A program made the translations under genes and the position numbers. 64,000 nt of DNA, taken from assembly GCA_963744145.1 (NCBI GenBank), contig CAVUSO010000001.1, forward strand, positions 1,934,831-1,998,830, read 5' to 3'. The notes below the pieces were generated by a model. The model made no database searches. It was given only the letters and a program-made list of their open reading frames with translations, and had not been told where the DNA came from. This stretch comes from an uncultured cyanobacterium. Its GTDB lineage: Bacteria; Cyanobacteriota; Cyanobacteriia; Cyanobacteriales; CAWUOF01. Positions within the stretch are counted from its first letter, which is position 1; every line of letters starts with the position of its first letter. Below, piece after piece: positions 10,501-18,300 of the stretch.

Positions 10501-10819
10501 GGATTATCGTCGAATTACCACGGCTTTTTCCTTAATAGGGAAATTTAATTTTTCGATTGACCAAAAAGCAACTATTCAAATAGACGAGCAGTTTGTCCGA
10601 TTAGATTATCAAGGGAAATTGCGCGGTTTTCAAGGATTTCTTACAGCAATTAATGCGCTGCTAAGTAATGATCAAGTTAGGGCAAATGTGAGTCTCAAGT
10701 TGATATTTACTTTTGATCCGGCGATCGCCCATGATAGTAATGAGTTGATCACACTACAGCAAGCACTTAAGCGCAATCCTGTAGAGCGTCTATCTCTAAC
10801 AGCGAGGGTAAGTTACTAA
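7580..10819 (+). CDS. large Walker-type ATPase, COG1483/DUF499-like (BrxC/PglY-like) defence-associated protein
   Basis: Walker A SFGGGKTH and Walker B VIILDEIAQY near the N-terminus. About 1080 aa. TAATG stop/start overlap with the next ORF. Genomic association with a DUF1156 MTase and SNF2 helicase. Confidence 0.6.
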   Translation: MSVKSETMLSSIFTTCDPRDEVLGGNLSEDIFAAKLKQVVDGNAPLVYQDPQIFFANTFPTNGLKTLISEVFGRLTGVDTGSPVIRLETSFGGGKTHDEIALWHIAKNGRCISGLDRFINDINIIPDQPIQVAAIACQDLDPVNGVFHEESGIKIHTLWGEIAYQIGGIEGYSLLRGSDEQKVSPGTVVLEKLTKKEPTVIILDEIAQYLRRAKAIPIGNSDLSEQVVAFLFALMDLTAACNNIVFVYTLASISDTFGTETADIKEALQASARQERVLSPSTDMEIYNIVKQRIFKRIEDKAADLAAKDYFSVYQNSRLNLPDSCKDANYTQVLKSSYPFSPELFTLLTKKIASIPNFQRTRGALRLLAMVVRHLWLDTSVWIPMIHPHHIPIGVDEGVTSEFTSRLERPLMRNPIQADIFNPDGKLAHAQIYDEEWLVAGKPPFTTWVARTIFLHSINQGTVAGIRRAELNLALLTPKIEISFIEPVLERLTTVAWYLDIDPVTTIARFKEEPSINKIIAEEKEQIHTLAAKETLRSRRDSIFANQVFTLVTNPESAGDVDDQPDDIALCIIDFDQETVSAPTDGVPPLVEQIFHNTGESGKFRIFRNRLLFLVANKHELQRAIEITKEYLAIQNILKSPNRLEDLSEYQRKQLRERSGAKDLDVRVSLTNTYRHLFYPTSDAVKAPKGLLHFTLPAEATGYIKGNKNQQDVILKALKDCEKIRKEDLAPVAPAYILQKVWLAGIDHWTTKALREEFAKKLSLNMLLDADISKLRETIRTGIEKGQWDLKVGNKVYILSDDGKLPNLPDTIEFSDRMELYRRGILKPPEPRVIEFNAQVMSSSNLAKPVRLRWRSLGALSIQVYQDNIPLTGEFSPTDNYEVEITQTTTFKIVADYGNGETAEKETQATIASYSTPISAKTKFHDTPSIFEVKPEIIEENGTVNAAFTAFSDRCSDDKVKGVKSLEIAVDQVMDYRRITTAFSLIGKFNFSIDQKATIQIDEQFVRLDYQGKLRGFQGFLTAINALLSNDQVRANVSLKLIFTFDPAIAHDSNELITLQQALKRNPVERLSLTARVSY

Positions 10820-11247
10820 TGCAAGAGTTTCAATTAAGGGTTGTCCCGACAGATAACAATAATTTTGCTTTAGAATTATATCAATGTGCTTATAAGCAAG
10901 CGGGAGCAAAAAAACGTCCTGCTGCTAAACGGATTGGTAAAATTAAGGGTAATGCTTTGGTACTGACTAGACAGATGATCTATACAGTGCTGAAAACTAA
11001 TAAATATGATCCGAAAACTTTGAAATGCGATCGCCAAACGCCCTATATCCTTGATGAACAGTCAGGAGTAAGTTTAGCTTTGCTATTTCAAACAGTGCAA
11101 CCACTCTCAAAAGAAGACCGAATTGCTAACATTGCTAATGGTGTAATGGCGATGAGTAATGAGGAGGCACATTATTGGTTTGCTAAAGTTTCTAATGGGC
11201 ATAAAAAAAATGCACTCAAAGCGATTCGGGTGCTGTTGGGTGATTAG
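10819..11247 (+). CDS. small basic protein translationally coupled to the DUF499-like ATPase (possible DUF3780-like system component)
   Basis: ATG overlaps the upstream TAA (TAATG). Lys/Arg-rich. No recognisable catalytic motif. Confidence 0.4.
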   Translation: MQEFQLRVVPTDNNNFALELYQCAYKQAGAKKRPAAKRIGKIKGNALVLTRQMIYTVLKTNKYDPKTLKCDRQTPYILDEQSGVSLALLFQTVQPLSKEDRIANIANGVMAMSNEEAHYWFAKVSNGHKKNALKAIRVLLGD

Positions 11248-11278
11248 ATAAAAATTTTATAAACAATCGGAGAAAATC

Positions 11279-11998
11279 ATGATCGCTCCCACCAATCCCC
11301 GCCGCATCACCATTCCACCGCTAGAAAATGGCGATTTACTCTCCTGTCAAGAATTTGAACGGCGCTACACAGCTATGCCCAATCTCAAAAAAGCTGAACT
11401 AATCGAAGGAATTGTTTATATGGCTTCACCTTTACGGTTTGAACCCCATGCTGAACCTCATGCTGATTTAATTGGCTGGTTTTGGACTTACAAAATTAGT
11501 ACCCCTGGTGTGCGTCTAGGTGATAACCCCACTGTCCGTCTAGATGTGGATAATCAACCCCAGCCCGATGCGGTGTTGTTGATTGATACCCAAAAGGGAG
11601 GTCAAAGTTGCTTAAGTGATGATGGCTATATCAAAGGTGCGCCAGAACTTGTGGCTGAAATTGCTGCTAGTACCGCGACGATCGATCTACGGGACAAAAA
11701 GCGAGTTTATTGTCGCCATAGAGTTAAAGAATATTTAGTTTGGCAGGTAAGCGATGACCGCTTCGATTGGTTCTGCTGGCAAAATGGAGAATACATTGCT
11801 CTTACTCCTGATGCAGAAGGAATTATCCGCAGCCAAGTTTTTCCTGGTTTATGGTTAGCAACTTCAGCACTGCTAGCGGGAGATATCCCCCAAGTTATTG
11901 CTACCTTGCAAACTGGATTAGCAAGCACTGCCCATCAACAGTTTGTCCAAAAATTAGCCACCTTTTCTAACCACAATTCTGAAACGGGTAAAAAATGA
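11279..11998 (+). CDS. Uma2-family (DUF820) PD-(D/E)xK endonuclease
   Basis: Motifs ELIEGIVYMASP, PDAVLL, PELVAEIAASTATIDLRDKKRVYCRHRVKEYLVWQV typical of cyanobacterial Uma2 proteins. ATGA overlap with the next gene. Confidence 0.7.
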   Translation: MIAPTNPRRITIPPLENGDLLSCQEFERRYTAMPNLKKAELIEGIVYMASPLRFEPHAEPHADLIGWFWTYKISTPGVRLGDNPTVRLDVDNQPQPDAVLLIDTQKGGQSCLSDDGYIKGAPELVAEIAASTATIDLRDKKRVYCRHRVKEYLVWQVSDDRFDWFCWQNGEYIALTPDAEGIIRSQVFPGLWLATSALLAGDIPQVIATLQTGLASTAHQQFVQKLATFSNHNSETGKK

Positions 11999-12582
11999 TT
12001 ACTGTACCTAATAATCAAAAACTCTCACCTGATGAATATTTTGCATGGGAATCACAGCAAGAAATCCGTTATGAATATATTGATGGTAAGGTATTTGCAA
12101 TGGTAGGAGTAACGATAGCCCATAGCACGATCGCTACTAATTTGATTGCTTTACTGCGACCACATTTACGGGGACGAAATTGTCGAGTATTGGGGTCAGA
12201 TGCGAAAGTGGGTATTTCTCCAAGTGGTGAATTTTTCTATCCAGATTTATTGGTAACTTGTGACGATCGCGATCGCAATTTTGCTAAGGCGGTATTTTAT
12301 CCAAAGCTGATTATTGAGGTATTATCCCCTAGCACAGAAGCATACAATCGCGGTGGTAAGTTTGCGCGTTATCGACAGTTAGCAAGTTTGAACGAATATG
12401 TGTTAGTTAGCTCGGAAAGTATTGGGGTTGAGGTATTTCGGCTTAATGAGCGGAGCAAGTGGGAATTAACACCCTTTGGGGTTGGGGATTTGGTGCAGTT
12501 TGCTAGTATTGAATTTGAATGCGCGATCGCTGCAATTTATGAAGACGTGGATTTTTTAGAATACAGCGGATTCGGTGGCTGA
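11995..12582 (+). CDS. Uma2-family (DUF820) PD-(D/E)xK endonuclease
   Basis: YEYIDGKVFAMVG, YPDLLV, PKLIIEVLSPSTEAYNRGGKFARYRQLASLNEYVLV are Uma2 hallmarks. Confidence 0.75.
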   Translation: MITVPNNQKLSPDEYFAWESQQEIRYEYIDGKVFAMVGVTIAHSTIATNLIALLRPHLRGRNCRVLGSDAKVGISPSGEFFYPDLLVTCDDRDRNFAKAVFYPKLIIEVLSPSTEAYNRGGKFARYRQLASLNEYVLVSSESIGVEVFRLNERSKWELTPFGVGDLVQFASIEFECAIAAIYEDVDFLEYSGFGG

Positions 12583-12892
12583 TGAAGTACAGTAAGATTT
12601 GGCATGAATGGTGGGACAGGCATCTTGCCTGTCAGAGATTGTAAGTGATCTGTGTTGGTTGGGCAGGTTTATGATAGTTATCTGTTTGGAGCAGAATTGA
12701 TTGGTGAACCTGCCCCTACAAATCCTGTTAATCTTGTAATCCTCTCATCCTGATCGATTTTTTGGTAAATCCCTGTAGGGGCGGGTTCACCGATGAACTT
12801 GCCACACACAAATAACCCTTGTGCCGAGCGCAGTCGAGGTATTAATGAACCCGCCCTGCCCCACAGATCACCTTGATGAACTTCATAAACCT
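12583..12892 (+). repeat. MITE-like dispersed repeat (GGTGAACCCGCCCCTAC core family), about 310 bp copy with nested inverted repeats
   Basis: Contains ggtgaacctgcccctacaaatcc ... ctgtaggggcgggttcacc and gatctgtgttggttgggcaggtttatgat ... aacccgccctgccccacagatcacc pairs. Direct copy at about 17895-18160, inverted partial copy at about 14014-14165. Confidence 0.7.
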
Positions 12893-12922
12893 GGAATAGG
12901 CTGTAACCATTGAAGCTGTACA

Positions 12923-13369
12923 TTATTTAGTTTCTGTAAGCAATTGTTCTAGAGTCTCAGGAAAATCACCATTAAAAACCATGCGAGAGAATACATTGTA
13001 ACAGTCATTTTTATCGCCTTCTTTGCGTGGAAATCCTAGCCAAAGAATAATCAAAACCTTACGATCATCTGCTTCAAAAGCTCGAAAAAATAAACGGTAG
13101 CGATCGCTTAGTCCCATACCCTTTAAGCGTCCGTAATGTCTGAGGGAACCTTTGAGGGCAAATTGAGGTGCAAAGGGATCAAGAACTATTTTCTCTTTGA
13201 TCCCTATCATCACTGCGGCTAGTAATTTAACGGTGGGATGTTTGACAAATTCTTCCCTAGGGAGACTGAGTTTTAGTTGGTTAACTTGTGCCTTTAGTTG
13301 TCGTCTTTGTTCCCCAAATAAGTTGTCATGGAAGTAGATTTCCCAGCCATTACGGACGATGACGCTCAT
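12923..13369 (-). CDS. yhaV: type II toxin, YhaV-family ribonuclease-like
   Basis: About 148 aa. 4 bp overlap with an upstream AbrB/SpoVT-type antitoxin. Size, arrangement and sequence character match PrlF/YhaV modules. Confidence 0.5.
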   Translation of the reverse strand: MSVIVRNGWEIYFHDNLFGEQRRQLKAQVNQLKLSLPREEFVKHPTVKLLAAVMIGIKEKIVLDPFAPQFALKGSLRHYGRLKGMGLSDRYRLFFRAFEADDRKVLIILWLGFPRKEGDKNDCYNVFSRMVFNGDFPETLEQLLTETK

Positions 13370-13695
13370 GGGTCAAGCTCAACTCCTGCAAGAAGTTCAT
13401 CATCTTCCTGGGCCATTGCTTCTGTATAGGCTTCTAACTTATCGCTATTTTTGAGAGCATCTTTGGTGATGAAGTCCAGAAATAAACTCAACATTAAATT
13501 ATCGTCTTCTTCTTCCTCATCTGCTTCAGGTGTAACTGGTTCAAGCTTTACCAACAAAGTATTATCAGGTAGCACTTTCACCCATCCAGTAGCATTGGCA
13601 AATTGGGGGTTGTCATGATAAAACGAGGCTGGCAATCTAAAGCCTAAAGAGTTGCCAATTTTGGCTGGTGAGAGGGTGTAGGTTTTGGAACTCAT
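13366..13695 (-). CDS. prlF: type II antitoxin, AbrB/SpoVT (PrlF-like) with acidic C-terminal tail
   Basis: N-terminal swapped-hairpin motif IGNSLGFRLPASF. Acidic C-terminus (EADEEEEDD). Overlaps the toxin start. Confidence 0.55.
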   Translation of the reverse strand: MSSKTYTLSPAKIGNSLGFRLPASFYHDNPQFANATGWVKVLPDNTLLVKLEPVTPEADEEEEDDNLMLSLFLDFITKDALKNSDKLEAYTEAMAQEDDELLAGVELDP

Positions 13696-14013
13696 ATATG
13701 TTAGTACAAATTGTAATAACGATAATGCTATACTAGCACGAAAGTTTAAGGTGGTTACAATCTAGGTATGGACAAGTTCAATCTATGAAAATTCGGGAGT
13801 TATGAGCGATCGCTATTTCTATGCTTGAAAGCTATAGACAAAATAAATATATTAAATTTTAACCATCTCCGTTAGTCAGATGGGGTGGATTCATCCATGT
13901 GATCTGTAAGGTTGGGCGGTGCAATTGTATGACCAAGGGAATAATTTCCAAACAATCAAGATTAAATTAGATGATCAGAATAGATGGTCGATAAATTTAT
14001 GATTACAATTAAC

Positions 14014-14165
14014 CAGGATTTGTAGGGGCGGGTTCACCAATTAATTTTGTGACAAACCGATCACCATTATAAACCCGCCCAACCAACACAGATCAATCAC
14101 AATCGACTTTAACTGATCGGACAGGCAAGATGCCTGTCCCACAATCTTACTGTACTTCATCAATA
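14014..14165 (-). repeat. MITE-like dispersed repeat, partial inverted copy
   Basis: tgtaggggcgggttcacc ... aaacccgcccaaccaacacagatc ... gacaggcaagatgcctgtcccacaatcttactgtacttcatca is the reverse complement of the 12583-12650/12700 segments. Confidence 0.65.
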
Positions 14166-14499
14166 TAGAAATCCGCTGTAAATCAATCAATTTCCTCTCT
14201 AATCTCATATTCACCTTGGGGATATCGCACCAATATCTCATCAGCTAAACATCCTGCTGTCTGTTCAAAAAAACTAGAAGGCCAGCCTAATTCTTCAGAA
14301 GTTTGAGGTGGAGTTTGATTGCTCAAATCGTTCATGATATTTTCTGGTAGATGATGAGCAAAATCAGGATAAATTATTATTTTACTAAATTTAACCTACT
14401 TTATAGGTCGGCACAGATTCCCATGATGCTATAGTATAGCAATTACCCAGGAAAGTCAAGGGGTAATTTCTTTTTACTTCACTTACTCGAAAATTAATT

Positions 14500-17436
14500 A
14501 TGACTAACCCTAGTTCCCAGCGTCCTCAAGTTTTTATTGAAAAAATTATGCCCGTGAAGTTACTCAACGAGCAGGTATATTACGAACATGGGGGTAATCC
14601 GTTTAAGGGTTTACATCGGTGGTATTCGCGCAAACCTTTGTCCTTTAGTCGAGCCAGTGTGTTAGCTTCCTTGTTACCTGGGGATGTGACGATCGAGGAG
14701 TTTAAATATCTGTTAGGTTTGTACCCAGAACAAGAAGGTTTAAAACCAGATCCTGATATTAAGCTGTATAAAACACCTCCTGGTAAATTGAGAATTAAAA
14801 AGGTGCAGGATTATTGTGAAAAATTGTGGGGAACTCGAACTCCTACAGTTTTAGATGCGTTTGCAGGTGGTGGGAGTATTCCCTTTGAAGCAGCAAGATA
14901 TGGGTTTAATGTATTAGCATCGGATTTGAATCCTGTTGCAGTTGTGACAATGAAAGCTGCGATGGAATATCCCCTAAAGTTTGGACCGGATTTGCAGCAG
15001 GATATTGATCAATGGGTGAAGTGGGTAGGTGATGAAGCCGAGAAACGGTTAGCTGAGTTTTTCCCTTCTTTACCTGGGGAAACTGTACAGAATTATCTGT
15101 GGGCGCATACAGTGGTTTGTCCGAATTGTGAATCGGTTGTACCTTTGAGTCCGAATTGGTGGTTATATAAACGTCCAGAAAAGCAGAATTTACATAAATG
15201 GTGTGCAGTAAAGCCAATTCCTAACATTGAGAATAAGCGGGTTGATTTTGAATTGGTGAAGGGGAAGAAGGGAAAAGGAACAACTATTCAAACTGATGAT
15301 GGGGAATATGATCCTGATACTACAACTACTATTGGTCGAGGTGTTGGTAGATGTCCTAATTGCGACAATGTGATCGAAGATGATGTAATTAAATCTCAAG
15401 CGCAATCAGGTATTTTAGGACATCAACTTTATGCAGTTGCTTATAAAAAAGGTAAAGGAAGTTTAGAATTTAGAATTCCCGAAGAATTAGATTTAGAAGG
15501 AATTGATAAATCTCAATGTTATTTAAAATCACAATTTTTGGAAATTCAAGCTAATGGTATTTTGCCTGATGTTGCAGTTACTCATGGACAAGAAACTGAA
15601 AGATTATTCTCAATTGGGATTGATAGCTGGTACAAATTCTTTAATCCACGCCAACTTTTAACACTTGTTACATATTTAGAAATTATCAATGAAGCAAAAG
15701 CACTAATTCAGACTAAATGTGAAGAAGAAAAAGAAACAGCGATCGCTAAATTAAAATCTAATCCAGAAGTAGAGGATATCCAGAGGGCGATCGCAAATAT
15801 TGAATCCTACTATCAGAATAAAATTGAGGCGATCGCCACTTATTTAGCTTTGGTATTTGATAGATGTGTTGACAGAAATTCTAGGCTTGGACATTGGCAT
15901 TCAGCTAGAGGCTATGCAGAGATAGCAATGGCTCAACATTCTCTAAATCTAAATTGGAATTATCCTGAAACTAGCGGTGCAGGTGAACTCTGGCAATCAT
16001 GCGCTGATGCCTTTATATCAGATTATCAAAATCTTTGTGCCTTATTCGGAACTAAACCAGATTCAACAGGTATTTTAGGAATAGAACAACACAATCTCAA
16101 ATCCATTCAAATTGATTCAGCATCTGCTGACAGTCTAACGCATATTCTTGATAACTCAGTAGATGCAATTATCACCGATCCACCTTATTACGCAACCATC
16201 CAATATGCGGAACTATCAGACTTTTTTTATGTCTGGCAAAAACGCACCCTCGGCGATATCTTCCCCGATCTCTTCTGGATGGAACTTACAGACAAAGATC
16301 GCGAAACTGTAGCCAATCCTTCACGCTTTCGCAACATGGGAGCATCCCCCGAAGAACTCGCCAACCAAGACTATGAAGCAAAAATGGCAATGGCATTTGC
16401 TGAATATCATCGTGTCTTACGAGAAGACGGAGTAATGACCGTGCAATTCAATCACAAAGAATCAGGAGCATGGGATACCCTAGCATATTCCTTAATTAAT
16501 GCAGGTTTCGAGATCACCGCATCATGGTCAGTCAGCACCGAAAACCCCCAAAACCTCCACCAAGCCCAAAAGAACTCCGTCGCTAGTACAGTATTACTCG
16601 TGTGCCGCAAACGCGACCCCAACGCTGAACAAGCCTGGTGGGATGACCTCCGCCCCGAAGTCTCCAACCTAGTCGAACAACGCGCCCCAGAATTTGAAGC
16701 CAATGATATTCAAGGGATTGACCTTTATCTCAGCGCCTTTGGTCCGGCCCTCAACGTCTTCTCCCGCTCCTGGCCAGTTCTTGATAGTACAGGTAACGAA
16801 GTCCGCCCCGAAGTTGCATTTGCTGAAGCTCGCAAAGCTGTTGCTAACTACCGCTTCCGCAAACTCGCTCAAACCGACACAATGGGTTTTGACCCCGTTA
16901 CCCAATGGTATTTTCTCGCTTGGGATGCTTTCCGCGCCCGCGAATTTCCCTTTGATGACGCTCGACAACTTGCCCTAGCAGTAGGTGGTTTCAATGTCGC
17001 AGACCTAGGAAAAAGCTACAAAATCCTCGACATCAAAAGCGGTACTTGTAAATTCCTCAGCCCCGAACAACGCTACAAAAAACACGCATTCTCGATCGCA
17101 GACAATGAATTTTCTGCCCGTTATCTCATTGACGGACTCCACGCGATCATTGCTATCTATCAACAAGAACAAACCATCGAACCAATCCGCCGTTTTATGA
17201 AAGCCACAGAACTAATCAGCAATGATAAGTTTATGCGAGCTTGGGAAATAGCATTAAAAGTTATCCCTCGCATCGGAGACGATCGCAAACGCATCCCCGA
17301 AGAAAAAGCCTTATTAAATTTATGGTTAGCAATGGATGAAATCAAAGCCAAAGTAGTTTATGTGCAGCAGGAATTGCTTTTAGGACCTGGACAATTGACT
17401 TTAGATTTAAAAAGTGTTATTGATGAAGATAAATAA
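14500..17436 (+). CDS. DUF1156 / COG1743 Zn-ribbon N6-adenine DNA methyltransferase (defence-associated)
   Basis: N-terminal GGNPFKGLHRWYSRKP (DUF1156 signature). Zn-ribbon CPNCES...CPNCDN. Motif IV DPPY (IITDPPYYATIQY). Confidence 0.8.
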   Translation: MTNPSSQRPQVFIEKIMPVKLLNEQVYYEHGGNPFKGLHRWYSRKPLSFSRASVLASLLPGDVTIEEFKYLLGLYPEQEGLKPDPDIKLYKTPPGKLRIKKVQDYCEKLWGTRTPTVLDAFAGGGSIPFEAARYGFNVLASDLNPVAVVTMKAAMEYPLKFGPDLQQDIDQWVKWVGDEAEKRLAEFFPSLPGETVQNYLWAHTVVCPNCESVVPLSPNWWLYKRPEKQNLHKWCAVKPIPNIENKRVDFELVKGKKGKGTTIQTDDGEYDPDTTTTIGRGVGRCPNCDNVIEDDVIKSQAQSGILGHQLYAVAYKKGKGSLEFRIPEELDLEGIDKSQCYLKSQFLEIQANGILPDVAVTHGQETERLFSIGIDSWYKFFNPRQLLTLVTYLEIINEAKALIQTKCEEEKETAIAKLKSNPEVEDIQRAIANIESYYQNKIEAIATYLALVFDRCVDRNSRLGHWHSARGYAEIAMAQHSLNLNWNYPETSGAGELWQSCADAFISDYQNLCALFGTKPDSTGILGIEQHNLKSIQIDSASADSLTHILDNSVDAIITDPPYYATIQYAELSDFFYVWQKRTLGDIFPDLFWMELTDKDRETVANPSRFRNMGASPEELANQDYEAKMAMAFAEYHRVLREDGVMTVQFNHKESGAWDTLAYSLINAGFEITASWSVSTENPQNLHQAQKNSVASTVLLVCRKRDPNAEQAWWDDLRPEVSNLVEQRAPEFEANDIQGIDLYLSAFGPALNVFSRSWPVLDSTGNEVRPEVAFAEARKAVANYRFRKLAQTDTMGFDPVTQWYFLAWDAFRAREFPFDDARQLALAVGGFNVADLGKSYKILDIKSGTCKFLSPEQRYKKHAFSIADNEFSARYLIDGLHAIIAIYQQEQTIEPIRRFMKATELISNDKFMRAWEIALKVIPRIGDDRKRIPEEKALLNLWLAMDEIKAKVVYVQQELLLGPGQLTLDLKSVIDEDK

Positions 17437-17450
17437 GTGAAGCTAAAATT

Positions 17451-17774
17451 ATGAAAATTAAAGGTATTAAACGCGGTATCATGATTGAATTATTTGAAGA
17501 AATCGATATTCCTGATGGGATGGAAGTGATGGTTGAAATTCAAAATAGTCATCCTCTTGCAGGACTAAGTAAAGAAGAAATTCAAAAACGGATCAATAAA
17601 GTAGCAGGAGTCTGGAAAGACGATCCAGAAATTGAGCAAATCTTTGCAGAAATAAATCAAGAACCTTTGGAAATTGAGCGATCGGCTACAACCATCTCGC
17701 AACGAATGAAGCAATTTGCCCAAGATGGTATTGATCTAGATGCTAAAGAAGGCTTAACACAATTGAGAGAATAA
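17451..17774 (+). CDS. hypothetical small protein downstream of the MTase
   Basis: ORF 14 nt after the MTase stop. A partial duplicate of its 5' end (MKIKGIK...) follows at about 17769-17885. Confidence 0.35.
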   Translation: MKIKGIKRGIMIELFEEIDIPDGMEVMVEIQNSHPLAGLSKEEIQKRINKVAGVWKDDPEIEQIFAEINQEPLEIERSATTISQRMKQFAQDGIDLDAKEGLTQLRE

Positions 17775-17894
17775 AATCATGAAAATCAAAGGTATTAAAC
17801 AGGGTGTAACAGCGGTAGATCGTGGCAACCCAAACGCGATCGCGCAATTTAGTCATAAAACTGAATTACCACAAAAATACAGCGGATGACCCGT

Positions 17895-18160
17895 TGATGA
17901 AGTACAGTAAGATTTGGCGCTAATAGCGATAAGTTAAAGTCAATTGTGATTGATCTGTGTTGGTTGGGCGGGTTTATGATGTTGATCTATTTGTGTCAGA
18001 ATTAACTGGTGAACCCGCCCCTACAAATCCTGGTTTATTGTCCTCATAAATTCATCGACAATACATTTTTATGAGCTAGTAGGGGCGGGTTCACCGCTGA
18101 ATTTGCCACACACAAATAACTTTAATAAACCCGCCCAACCTCACAGATAACCTTGATGAA
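17895..18160 (+). repeat. MITE-like dispersed repeat (same family as 12583-12892)
   Basis: tgatgaagtacagtaagatttgg ... gatctgtgttggttgggcgggtttatgat ... ggtgaacccgcccctacaaatcctgg ... gtaggggcgggttcaccg ... aacccgcccaacctcacagataacc. Confidence 0.7.
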
Positions 18161-18300
18161 AACTACCCCATCTTACATCACAGACAACACTGCTATACTT
18201 CATAAATAGGTCATACGCTAGATCTCATCCAGATTGAGAGTCTTTAAAATGTCACAAGGCACATCAAAGATAACGATGCTGGACTTTTAAGGTATTTTTT

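Noticed and set aside
12678-12923. 81 aa minus-strand ORF
   Set aside because: It lies entirely inside the MITE-like repeat copy. Similar ORFs appear and disappear between copies, so it is an artefact of the repeat's hairpin sequence.
2385-17351. Numerous 60-110 aa ORFs antisense within large genes (2385-2666, 7720-7947, 9237-9428, 14906-15405, 16452-16978, 17160-17351 and others)
   Set aside because: They are shadow ORFs inside well-supported long CDSs on the opposite strand, with no independent evidence.
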